NCBI RefSeq assembly: GCF_009834535.1
Contig: NC_045698.1
Coordinates: 10,170,001 to 10,234,000, forward strand
DNA: 64,000 nucleotides
Direction: 5' to 3'
Source of the DNA: Camelus ferus
Taxonomy: Eukaryota
The translations under genes were made by a program, and so were the position numbers. Below, in pieces: positions 49,975 to 61,275 of this stretch (within the stretch, counting starts at the first letter, position 1; each line of letters starts with the position of its first letter). Below the pieces are notes generated by a model that was not told the origin of the DNA, did no database searches, and saw only the letters and a list, made by a program, of their open reading frames with translations.

Positions 49975-50560
49975 GTGTGGAGTCCAGCCATTTGGGAAAA
50001 CAATTTGGCATCACCTAGTAAACTTGAAGAGGCTCATAAACTGACCCAGCAGTTTCTCCCCTAGCCTGTGTCTCAGCTTGGAGATGCTCTGGAAGTGTTT
50101 TCTGGGATAAGTAGATAAGGCTGTTCGTGGTGGCAGCATTTATAATAGCAAAAAGTGTTTACTCTGGGAGACAGAGTAAATGTCCCTTAACCAGACTGCA
50201 TAAGTAAGTTCATGGAATAGTCACAGAGTAGAGCATTCAGTAGAGCTCAGCGTGCACATCAGTGTAGAGTAACCACTCACACAGACGCGTCGCGAGAGAA
50301 TGCTGCAGCGGGATTACATTCTTATGAAGCTCAAAGACAAGCAAAGAAGCAGTATGTCATGTAGCAGCAGATTCATAGATGGCAAACCTGTAAAGAAAAG
50401 CAAGGGAATGGTTATCCTGGAAGCCAGCATAGTGGTATGTCTGGAGCCAGGAGGTGGGTACCATCAGGCCATGATGTAGAGAAGGCTTCTAAGGTGCTGG
50501 CAGAGTCCTGGTTCCTAAACAGGTTGGTGATTTCAAACATATACGTGTAATACATACACA
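49975..50560 (+). mobile_element. Old L1 (L1ME-like) 3' region
   Basis: 'cagccatttgggaaaacaatttggcatcacctagtaaacttgaag ... tgacccagcagtttctcccctag ... gcagcatttataatagcaaaaa ... aaagaaaagcaagggaatggtta'. Confidence 0.75.
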
Positions 50561-52014
50561 TCCGTCATACAGACCAGCCAGGCATTCTCTTCTAAGTCTG
50601 AGGCCCATTTTTGCCTGGGCTCTCATTTTAGTAGCTGAAAGAATTAGGAAAGTTGATTTTGAAAGCCTTTTTGTTTTACCATGCAGTGAATAATTGAATG
50701 TTTAAAGCCATCAGGGTTCTTAGAAGTTATTTCCTATAATAGTACCCACCCCTCCTCCTGTTTTGAGGTTTTCAGGTACCACTGCAGAGTTGACTGATGT
50801 CATGCTGTGAGCTTCCACAGAACCATCTGGGCATAATTATTTTTGCAAGGAACGTAGAAGGAAAACTTAGTGTGGTTTTTCATCACTTTAGAAACTTATT
50901 TTCGAGCGAGTTTGCCTTTACCAGAGTGGGCTGAGTGCGTGGCAAGCCTTGGACAGTGTAGGCAGGAGGGGCTGCACCATTTGCATGCTCTGTTAGCTGT
51001 TCATTGCAGTGCTTACTTACCACGTGCCTAGGCAGAGTGGGAAAATCATGTTTCTTTTTAATCATCTATTACAATGAGAGATGATGGTGTATTAAAGAAA
51101 GAGATGGAAGGTGGAAGATGGGAGGAAGGAGGGAGGGTGGCCTCAGGCCTGGGCCCGATGGCCCCGCAGGGGTAGAGAGCCTCCTCCTGCTGTTCATTGC
51201 AGACTTCTGGCTGGCCGGACGGCGCAGGTGGAGGGCACGGGCGTGGGAGCCAGGTGCCCTCTTACCTGTGGCACCAAGCCAGTGCCTCCTGGCATCGCCC
51301 CCAGGTGTGGTGTCACTGGTGAGCGATGGACGGCAATCCCTCCCCTCCCTGCGAGAGACAATCTCTCCTCCAAGCGAGAGACAAGGGATTCTTACTCCAG
51401 TGGACGGGCTTCTGACAGTAGAGGGGTGTGAAGTGGAAAGAAGTCAGAAAGGGAGGACTTCTTTTGGTGATTAAAGTGTTGGTTGTCACCATCTTAGTGA
51501 GGGGAGGTGATCTCTTCTTTTGGCTTATCTGTTTTCATTTCTAATTGTGCTCTGATTTGCCCCTTTCCTCAGACAGGACAGGCTGAGCAGGACCCCGAGA
51601 ACGCTCAGGTGAAGGTGGGGTGCCCCCGGGAGTGGGGAGTGGGACCAAGGGGTCGAGGTAAGCCGCAAACTCTTAGGTAGAAGAGTGTTCTGATTTTTGA
51701 ATTGCCTTATAGTTCCTTAAATTATTTATAGTCAGTCCCGGGAGAAGGAAATGGCCAAGGTTAATTGTTGATTTTTAAAAGCAATTTTTTTGTGTGGCTT
51801 TTTGACAATAACTGCATGTCTCCATCTTATTCTTTTTCATTTTTGAGTAGAGATGCATCTCCTTATAGAATTCTGCAGTAATTGCAGGTAAATGGGCAAA
51901 GTATCGCCAGATCCATTTATTTAAAAGCACTTAGCAAATGTGTACATCTAAGAAAAGCTGCGTCCTCAGATGTCAGTGGTAACAGTAGTTAGGCTTCTCG
52001 GTGCTGTTAGTCCT

Positions 52015-52150
52015 GTGAGGTGGCGTCATTGGGATCCCATTTCTCAGATGAGGAGTCAGAGGTGCAGAAAGACTGGGGCCCGCCGTCGTCTCCGTGCTGG
52101 GAGGTGCAAACCCAGCACCCGGGTTTCAGCGGGCTCCTCACTGAACACGT
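52015..52150 (-). mobile_element. MIR SINE fragment
   Basis: 'cctgtgaggtggcgtcattgggatcccatttctcagatgaggagtcagaggtgcagaaag'. Confidence 0.55.
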
Positions 52151-54806
52151 TATCCCTCGACAGGGAAGTTTTGTTTTGAGTTGTGGCTTCATCGCTGTCA
52201 GGTGATATCCCTGAATTTAATGCTAGTGGAAGGGGTGGGGGGAGTATAGCTTTTGCTCCAGCCTCCTGAGCGTCCCTCCCCACCTCGTGTCTGCTTCTCC
52301 CTTGGGAGGAAGTTGTCTGCAACCTTGAGCGGGTCCTGAGCACCGGGGCAACAGGTGGACTGAGGTCTCGGTGCTGAGTCCTGGGAAGGTCCTGCAGGTG
52401 TGGGCTGGTGAGTGAGTACCACACACCTTCATTTAAGTGTCCTTACTGCTTTCTGTTTGCATTTCTGTACTTCACTTTGCATCTATATGCTAACTGGGGC
52501 AAAGTGTTCTCCGGGCTTCCTAGTAGATACTGACTTGTTTCTCTGTCAGGGACGTTAGGTGGTTGGGAATAGGAAACAGATTGCCCAGTCTACAAGGCTT
52601 ACAGCTCTGGGTCTCACCCTGCTCCTATTGGGTACAGCCGAGCGAGTCTGAGGAAGTACAGGTGCGGGAGGGCTGGCCCTGCCCTCTCCCTACCCCCTCC
52701 CCCGTTATTTCTTGGGGACCTCGCAGGAAGCGGGAAGAGGCCCTGTGGTTCATGGCCGTGCAGCTCCAGCACGGGCTGGTTGCTGCCTGTCATCTCAGCC
52801 CCTGGCATGGCAGCCAGTGTCCTCAGGTGAGATGATGGGTCTGACAGTCCTGCAGTTGGAGCTTCCTGCACTTTTGTGAGGGTCGCAGACCTGCTGGAGC
52901 ACTTCAGAGCCTGTGCTGGCGTCCGCTTACTGAGCTCAGAGTGAATCAAGGGGGAGATGCCACCATGTGGGCACTGATACCCCGTCAAGTTCATGGGGTC
53001 TCCAGCAGTGATTCCCTTCCCAGCTCGCTCCCCCCACCAGTGCCCTTTCTCTGGCACTTCTGTCCTCCTTACCTTGGGAATTTGCATCTTTTTATCAATG
53101 AATGTGCATAAGAATCCCAAGTGGGAGATGAGTCAATCCATATTAAATCCATCTTTATGTCAAAATTTGTTTTCCCATCAATATATCTGAATTATTTGAT
53201 TTAATAAATTTTTTTTAACCAGAATAAAAAAACCCTACTTTCGTAGGTATGCAGAAAGGAGTTTGAGGTGAAGGAGGTGGGAGGAGAGGTGGTTAGAATC
53301 GAAACAAATTTTTCTTTTGTTTTGTTTTTACATTAGCAGATGCATTACTTTTCTCAACTCTCTTTGTAGCTTCTTAAATTTCTCATTAGAATCCTGTACG
53401 AGGTTAGTGATAGGGACCTATTTATTAGAAATTTTCCCCCTGCTTGGAAGTGAGGGTAAAGCAGGATACCAGTACCTGAGTTAATGTGAGCAAAAGAAAT
53501 GACTTTAACCTTTTAAAAGCCAGTGAGTCCTAAAGGCTTCGGCTGCCCTTGTGCTGTAACCTTGAGCAGATCCCATTGTCTGCAGCTGAAGTCAGGCTGG
53601 CCCTTCTCCCTGGAAGCTCCCACCCAGCCATGTGACCTCAGGGCTAATGACACACTTGTTGAGCAGTGAAATCATGTTATGCCAAAAAGAAGGATCTGGA
53701 AGAAAACTTCCAACTGAACTGTAGGTTGCACTCGGAATTCAGCCTGGAAACAAACAGGTTACACTGCATCTATTTATTTATTTACTTACTTAATTAATTA
53801 TTTAGTTTTGAGTTGTCCTTAGTTGGACAGAATTGCTCCTCCTGGATTTCTTATCCTGTTCCAGGCTCTGTGTCCTCGACTGGTCAGTGAACATCTGAAG
53901 GACAGGACTTAGCTCGCTCCTGTTTGTGTCCTCAAGCATCAGATGTGTCACAGTGTATTTTAGATGTATTTCTGGTAACATTCAGAAACAGATGAAGGAA
54001 ATTGTCAAGGCAGAGTAGGTTAGTTCAGTAACGGAGGCAAAGCGGTTACATATATAAGCTATAAAGTGGGCTTCTGATGATCAAAGCAATCACAGTATTT
54101 TCTCTCTGAACATATTATTATTCACTTCTGTGCTTTGTGGTTTTAATTGCCTACAGCAAGGGCTTCCAACTTCCTCACAATAGTCTGGAGCACCCCTTTC
54201 TATGGAGGAGTTAGTTTTAGTGCCAGGGATTGATAAAAATTTCAGTGACAAAAGTAACACTTTTAGATGGATTTGTGTAATTAATCACAGTAGCATTTAC
54301 ATCTCTCTTATAAACAACATTACCTGCATTTGCAAGGCATATTCATTTGTCCATCAGACTTTGCTTGTTATGTACAGATTGTGAAGGCTACTATTTGGTC
54401 TAATGCATGTCTTATTTTGTTTTAGATTATAAACTTAAAGTCAGGGACATGTCATTTAGCGGGAACATCTCTAGGGCTTAAGAGAGCATTGTGTGTAAAT
54501 ACGTCCTTTATGAATGCCAAGTGATGGAAAACACAGTTCTAAGCTTCATCAGAGAACTGGCTGATAGAAAATTCTGCCAAATTCTTTGATGTTATTAAAG
54601 ATAGATCTTTCCAGTGGGTTTATTTTGGAATTAAATCCAAATGGGAATAACTCTATTCAGTCTTTCCATTAAAAATTCTATTTCTTTGTGGCATTTGCCT
54701 TATATGATATGTTAACAAGGGTAAATGAATTAACTGAAGATTTTTGAAGCAGAAATGGATATACTGTAGCTTAATTTTGCTGAGTGCTTTAGCAGAAACT
54801 TTATTT

Positions 54807-54810
<4 letters not shown>

Positions 54811-54844
<34 letters not shown>

Positions 54845-54856
54845 TGTGCGCGTGCA
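54811..54856 (+). repeat. (TG)15 plus mixed CG/TG alternating tract
   Basis: (TG)15 at 54811-54840 followed by cgcgtgtgcgcgtgca. Confidence 0.95.
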
Positions 54857-55282
54857 CATTCAGTAGAACCGTACTTCTAATTTTGAATTTTGATCTTTTC
54901 CCGGGTTAGTGATGTGTGGCAGACACTCTGGTGACGCTGGTCAGCACCACGGCTCCCAGTCAGCTGCGCCGTCACAAAGGTAGACAGCCAGGACACTTAC
55001 AACCACTGTGTACCCAGACGGCCATCTGCTTCTCACTTGCAGTGCAGCATTCAGTGAATTACACAAGCTAGTCAACACCGTATTGTAAAACTGGCCTTGT
55101 GTTAGGTGATTCTGCCCAACCGTAGGCCAGTGTAAGTATTTTGAGCACGTTTTAGGTTGGCTGGGCTAAGCTACACTGTTCGCTAGGTTAGGTGTATTAA
55201 GTGTGTTTTCAACTTAAAATATTTTCAATTTTTATGATGGGTTTATTGGCACGTAGCCCCGTTGTAAGTCGAGGAAGATCTG
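54857..55282 (-). mobile_element. Tigger5/MER47-family DNA transposon remnant
   Basis: Minus strand begins CAGATCTTCCTCGACTTACAACGGGGCTACGTGCCAATAAACCCATC with TA at 55283-55284. It contains 'aatacacctaacctagcgaacagtgtagcttagcccagccaacctaaaacgtgctcaaaatacttacac' and 'gaagtacggttctactgaatg', all MER47-like. Confidence 0.85.
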
Positions 55283-56091
55283 TACAGTATTTTCACTTAG
55301 ATATAATCACGGGACACTCAAGTTAATTGGTAGCTTATTAAGATATTCAACATTGGTTTACTTTTTTTTCCATGGATGGAAACCTAATTGACACGGTGTC
55401 CTGAAGGTAGGAGTGACTGGTAGGCGTCTGCGGCTGCGCCCGGAGGGAAGTGTTCAGAAGCAGAGCCCTAGCATTCGGGGTGGGCAGAGAGAAGGCTGGG
55501 GTGAGCGAAATGGAGAAAAGCTGGAATAAACCAAACTGTAAACCCAAATCTCGGTTCAGGCTGGGGATTGAGTCCCGCTCTCTTACTTTAATGTGCGGAC
55601 TGGCTGGAAGGCTTTGGCCTGCCCTCCCTGCTTGTTGCTGTTCTGTACCCTTGCTGCTCCTGGTTGCTAACGAAGCAGGTTGTGGTGACATACTGCAGGT
55701 GCTCTGGGATGTTGCTGTGTGTGGTGTGTGACACTCACAGAGGCCTAGCTTGCACTTCATTAATGTGGTGAGAAGCACTGTCCCTGGAGTGTTGATGTGG
55801 GCTCTGTCGGGCTGCCTGTGGCCTGCACGACTGAGGATGTGAGACGCCAGCTCAGGCTGCATACAGGAGAAGGAAGGTTCTGTTTTGAGTTGTGTGCTGT
55901 TTCCTTGGCTTGCTGTTTCCCTCGTGTCTACTCTGTTCACAAAATCTAATAATCAAAGCACTTTGATGTAACTCTGAATTCTTGGGTGAAGACCCTCCCA
56001 AATGCAAAGACACAGGGCTATAGGCCTGTGTTTCCTACTTAGAAACCGCTTTTCTAGACTCCTGCTTTCCTTTTGGTGGTTGAAGATGTGG

Positions 56092-56450
56092 TGCCGACTG
56101 ATGAAAAACACACAAAGTGAGAGCAATGAGTTTCCGTTTTATTCAGAGACTTGACTGAGGACGGTAGCCCAGGAGACTGTCTCAGGTTGCTCTGAGGAAC
56201 TGTTCCCAAGAGATAAGGGTAGATACGGATATGGAGATCTGTGTATATATATATATCACATATAAGGATATATATGAGCTTTTTTGCTGGGAAAAACATG
56301 TAGTCAGGAATAAAAAGGTGACTGCTAATCACAGAGGACAGGCATCTCAAGTTAATGACTTTAGTGCTTTTCTATGTATGTGAAGATAAAAGAATCTGGG
56401 GTCACTGAAATTTTTCCTTAGATATATCTTAACTGTCTAGGGGCCAGTGT
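56092..56450 (-). mobile_element. ERV1-class LTR (MER41-like), apparently truncated
   Basis: TG start, antisense AATAAA (ttttatt near 56137), and 'actgaggacggtagcccaggagactgtctcaggttgctctgaggaactgttcccaagag', resembling reverse MER41-type LTRs. The other terminus was not found. Confidence 0.6.
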
Positions 56451-56996
56451 ATGTATGGTCTATGGAACGAAAAGCCATTCAGTGCTCCTCCCATCAGAGA
56501 AGCTTTTCATAATTAATTTTTTATTTTTGTGGCTGGAGCAGAAAACAACTTTTTAATTACATTGTAAAATTCCCAAAGTAAAACTTCCCCTACTTAAAGA
56601 TGTAGACCAAGAATATGTGAATGTAATTTTATGTACTAGACGAAGAACTCATGCCTCAGCGTAGCCTCCTCAGATTAAGTGTTGGGTGCAGGGTGATGGC
56701 TTTGGAGCTGCTGCTGGCTGTCTGGGACGAGCCGGACACTTGGCTCAGCACCGCAGACAGACAGCTGCCACTTACACTTTCCAACTGATGCGCCCTGAAC
56801 CTCTGGGGCTCCGCAGCGGGGGCTGGAGCCCTGACTGCGCCGCCCACTCTGCGAGGCAGTGAGGGGCAGGACTGCCCCTTCCCAAGGAGCTGACCTTCCT
56901 GGGTGGCCTCGGGCTTAGATACGTACTGAGTGGTGTGGGAGGAGGGTTCTGAGTGCTGTGGGAGTGCAGGGTCGGGGAGCTGATCAGCAGTGGGGG

Positions 56997-57474
56997 TGTT
57001 ACCAAAGGCAAGTTCCTCTGCCCGACTCACCATGAGGCCAAACAAACTGAAACATCAGAGTTTGGAGCAGAGGAAGGTTTATTGCAGAACGGAGCCAAGA
57101 GGACTGGATGGCTCCTGCCCAAGAAGACCCCGAACTTCCTGAAGGGTTTCAGCAAAGCATATTTAAAGGCCAGTTAAGAGGGGTGGGTCCCAGGTAACTT
57201 ACGTGATCAGCTCGTGTACAATTCTCTGATTAGTTGATGTTGAGGGAGCAGGGAGGTCAACAGTATCAACCCCTAGGCACCAGAAGATCTGGGGGCCATG
57301 TGCAGCGGATCATCAAGTGGTTAATTTCTTCCTATTGGTGGTGGTTTTTAGCATCTAAAAAACTCAGGCGATTTACATGAGATACTATGATCTGGGTACT
57401 TCAGAGAGGAGCTGCAGCAGAGGATGTAGGGGAGGGATCTGTCCTGGGAAGGCTCCACAAGGTCCTCAGTTACA
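56997..57474 (-). mobile_element. Complete solo ERV1-class LTR (478 bp)
   Basis: Termini TGTTAC...GTTACA, G-run TSD on both sides (GGGGG), antisense AATAAA (tttatt near 57078), and antisense TATA-like TTTAAATAT near 57160. Confidence 0.8.
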
Positions 57475-58800
57475 GGGGGTCAGCAAGTTTCCACAGATGG
57501 GGCGGGTCTGGTCTGAGTTTCTCAGGAGGAGATGGGAGGGTGAAGAGTGTGTGTGCCCGAGTGAGTGTGTGGGGAGGTGTGGGGGTGTGTTAGGCTGGGT
57601 GGGGAGCAGTGTGTGTGGAGGTTCAGCCATGAGGGCCTGTGTTACGTGCAGGTGATCAGAACTCCTGGAATGGGTGCGGGGAGGATAATGAATGGGAACC
57701 AGTGAGGCTGCAGGGGTAAGTGGATATCAGACCTTGAGGACTTCATTCATGTCAGGGAGTTTGGGCTTATTCAATGGCACTGAGAAGCCATTGGCAAATT
57801 TTGGGGAGTGAAATTATGTGATGGTGTTTTGGGGAGAGTGGCGAAATGGATCAGAGTGAGTCATGAACATTCGTTAGGAGATGCTGGAGGAACACACACG
57901 AAGGAGATGCCGGCCCGTGGACATGGTGCTCTAAGTCACAGAGTCTGCGGGAGTGCAAGGGAGGATGGGGGAGGGAGAAGCCTGGGTCCCTGATTTGGCT
58001 GTGGGGGGATGGTTTGTGGGGCCAGGTACTGTGCTGGTCTGGGGGATGAAGGTGAGTTTAGGGTTAGACATTTTGGTGGAGAAGGCTGTACTGCAGGCAT
58101 GCAGGTGCCCACTGTTTGATGACCCCTCTTTATTCCAGTGACGACAGCCTCCTGCTTCCCAGCCAAGACCTGCCATACTCATTTCCCCGCGTGAATCCTG
58201 CATCTGATAGGATATCTCCTATTTTGATCCCTCTGGCCCTTGTTTTTCCATACGATTTGTCTGTTCCACAAAACTCACCACTCAGCGTTGCTTTGCCAAA
58301 CACTGGATTCAACAGGGACCTTAGGTTATACTTGATGTTCAAGTCATCCCCAAATCAGGGCATATCAGTGTACACTGAGATTAGTTTTAAATAAGTTTGT
58401 ACCACTTCTCTGTAACTGAAAGGCTTTCTGTATGTAATAGTCAAAAAGATGTTTATATAAAGGAAAAGGAGTAGAGTTAAAATATAGCTTTATTTTCCAA
58501 AGCCTTTTGTAGAATTTATTGTGATGTCCATTTAAAAAAATTGCAAGTATTAGAATTTTTTCTATTCTTATTTGATAGATGGTAAGGGTACTCCCACATA
58601 TGCAATGTTTGATGCGATGATTAAACAAGGTTTCTTTTAGCAGTCAATCTTGGTTGATTTGATATAAATCATACCATTGGTACAGCTGTGGCAGTTGTAT
58701 CATTGTTATTCATTTGCTACAAACTAAGTTCTTAAACAGCTTTCCTGAGAGGCTACGTATATAAAGCAAATCTTATTTGGAGTCTCAGTACACATGTGTA

Positions 58801-58805
<5 letters not shown>

Positions 58806-58849
<44 letters not shown>
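58806..58849 (+). repeat. (GT)22 microsatellite
   Basis: Perfect GT dinucleotide run. Confidence 0.97.
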
Positions 58850-58850
<1 letters not shown>

Positions 58851-59819
58851 GAGGGATTAGGTCCCAGGGTACAGCTGGGGTGAGCTTACCCCAGTGGGAT
58901 CTTCTGTGGATGGCTATGGTACATGGACGGACAGACAGACATGTTCTTTCTTTTGGTATTAGGCAAACATGAGGATAAGGTTTCTCTGTGCTTGGCTCTG
59001 TGCTGGTCCCTGGGGATGCAAAGATGAATAGCACATCTGGGCACATGGTTCTTTTTTGATTTATGAGATTGTAAGAAGGTAGAACACTTGTTTATAACAC
59101 TACTCTTACTTTTTTGACTATTTCCATTCATTGGTGTATTAGTTATGCTTTTTAATGAACTTCTAACGCACTTACCATGTAATTAAATCATCACGTTAAA
59201 AATTCTACGGATTGTTTAATTTATAGTAAAATGTATGTACTAGTTTAAAAATATTTTGTTATGGTTTTTGTTGTTGTTTTGGTTTGTCCTCTATGTTTTG
59301 TGCTCAAGACATTAAAAGCCAGAGCTATCTTAAGTTGAAATACCCTTATACTCCCTTGAATCAATCAAACTTAAGTTTTTTTCTTCCTCAAAGGTATGAT
59401 GTTACAGGCTATTGCTTCTAAAATTATGTGAAGGAATAAATCAGCCAGTCTGACAGTTATTAGAACCATAAATGTTATAAGTAAAAATTACAATGCAGCA
59501 CTATGAAACCTGGTCCATGTTCCTGTGTGGTGGCCTGTGAACATGTCCATATTCTTGATATAAGTAGTTAATTCACTTTATATGCTGCTTATAATCATTT
59601 TATATGTGTGGACTGTAGTTATATATTCACGTAAAAATAATATAAGCATTGCATTTTGTTTTGATTTATTAGTAAAAAAGACGCTTACACCATTTGATTT
59701 ATAACTTTGTATCTTTCCCCCCTTAAACATTTCCATAGCGGATCCAGGCTGGAGAAAATGCTTCCTTCCCACGCAACACTGGTCTGAATGCTTGCCCAAC
59801 TGAAACCCTTGTTAGCGCA

Positions 59820-60040
59820 AACATTGTGCCGCCGCGCACCGCCGCTCCCTGTGATTCGTGACTAATCCTGCAGGCACTGCGGAGAGGTCCGGGAGTCGGA
59901 ACTGCGGACGGCCTGCCTGGAAGGGGTGACGTCACCTCCATCTGCCCGGGCACATGCGCGGTGCCGCTGATGCAGAGATTGATCACCCTGCTCTTTGTGC
60001 TCAGGGGTGCGTGTGCGCGCGTGCTTGCGCGCGCGCTTCC
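59820..60040. promoter_or_regulatory. Small CpG-rich element with a full palindromic CRE
   Basis: Many retained CpGs, TGACGTCA at 59927-59934 within GGTGACGTCACC, an AP-1-like TGACTAA, and GC-alternating tracts, all set in AT-rich flanks. Confidence 0.55.
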
Positions 60041-61144
60041 CCTGAATAAACTAATGAGTAAAATTCAGTAATTACCAACAAGATTCGGTACTAATAGTAA
60101 CCCTCCAGTTTACTATGTAACGTTTTCTTTGTTCTTTCAAAATGCTGCTTTGTTTATTAACACTTTTTTATTACTGCTGCAACCTGTATTTTTTATAAGG
60201 ATAGGAATTTTTTTGAGTCTCTTCCCACTTTCAATTTTCCTGTTTAGTAAATACTAAAGTAAATAGCTGGCAGGCAAATGAGCCCTCTGAAAACGGATGA
60301 GCAGCAGTTTTGTAGATTGTCTTGTAAGGACAAATCCCAATGCAGGAGGTGAGGCCAACTGTTCAGAAAAAGGTGCCAGTTCATTTGGTTTGGCTCAAAT
60401 GGTGAAGAAATAACTTTCCATTTTTCTAACACTGTATTTACTTTTTCATAAATTAACTCATTTAACTTTAGGATTATGTAAAATTTGAAATTACTAGTAT
60501 CTGCCTGTAGTCTTGGGAGAAGTATTGGGAAAAAAAACTAACCTGTGTTTTAGTTTAGAGTTTTAAAATTTTGATTCATTTAAAAACTGATTTGGTTTAT
60601 TTCATCTTAATTTCTTTTCAAGCTAGTTAGGTAAAAAATCCTTTGGCGATAATGTGCTGCATAAAAGCTTATTGCTCATTGTAAAAATATTTCTGTGGTG
60701 CTTTTTTCTTTCTTTAAAAAAAAAAAAACTTGGGAGATGGTTGTTCTTTTTCTGTTTGTTGTTTTAAAAAAAAATCTGATACCAAGGAAGTGAGCAAGTG
60801 CATGAGCATTCTGGTTAGCAGTGACTCGCTTCAAAAGGTATTTGTCAACAACATCAGTACAGCACCACGTTGTAGAAGTTGCAGGGTAAAAAATGAAAAA
60901 TTGATTTGACCAGATAGTTGAAGTTTCAGAGCATTGATTCAACTGAAGAATTTTCCATTGTTGACTAACTTGTGGCATATTTCCTCCTAGGGCAGAGAGG
61001 TTAATTGTCCTTGTTATAAATATAAATCATACCATAGGCCATCTGAACAATGCTGAGCTTATGGTCCACAAACCTGAAACAGAAAGTGCTAAGGAACACT
61101 GAGGTGCTTGCATGGGGGTTTGGGGCAAGAAGCTAGAGAAGTCT

Positions 61145-61275
61145 GTTCATTTGTTAGTTTGTTCATTCATTCATCCAGCCAACCCAGCTTTATTGACCAC
61201 CCTTTATCCAGCTCTGTCCCAGGCATCCGGGACACAGCAGGGAACAAAACAGACCCGTCTTCCGGCTCACAGGCA
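61145..61275 (-). mobile_element. L2 LINE 3' end
   Basis: 'ttcattcattcatccagccaacccagctttattgaccaccct ... tcccaggcatccgggacacagcagggaacaaaacagacc' is the classic reverse L2 tail. Confidence 0.75.

Noticed and set aside
54074..54110. TGATGA...CTGA resembling C/D snoRNA boxes
   Set aside because: The boxes are only about 25 nt apart, too short for a snoRNA.
55347..55940. Longest ORF in the window (197 aa, minus strand)
   Set aside because: No recognisable domain, a non-ATG start in the DNA, and a composition typical of chance ORFs in GC-richer non-coding DNA.
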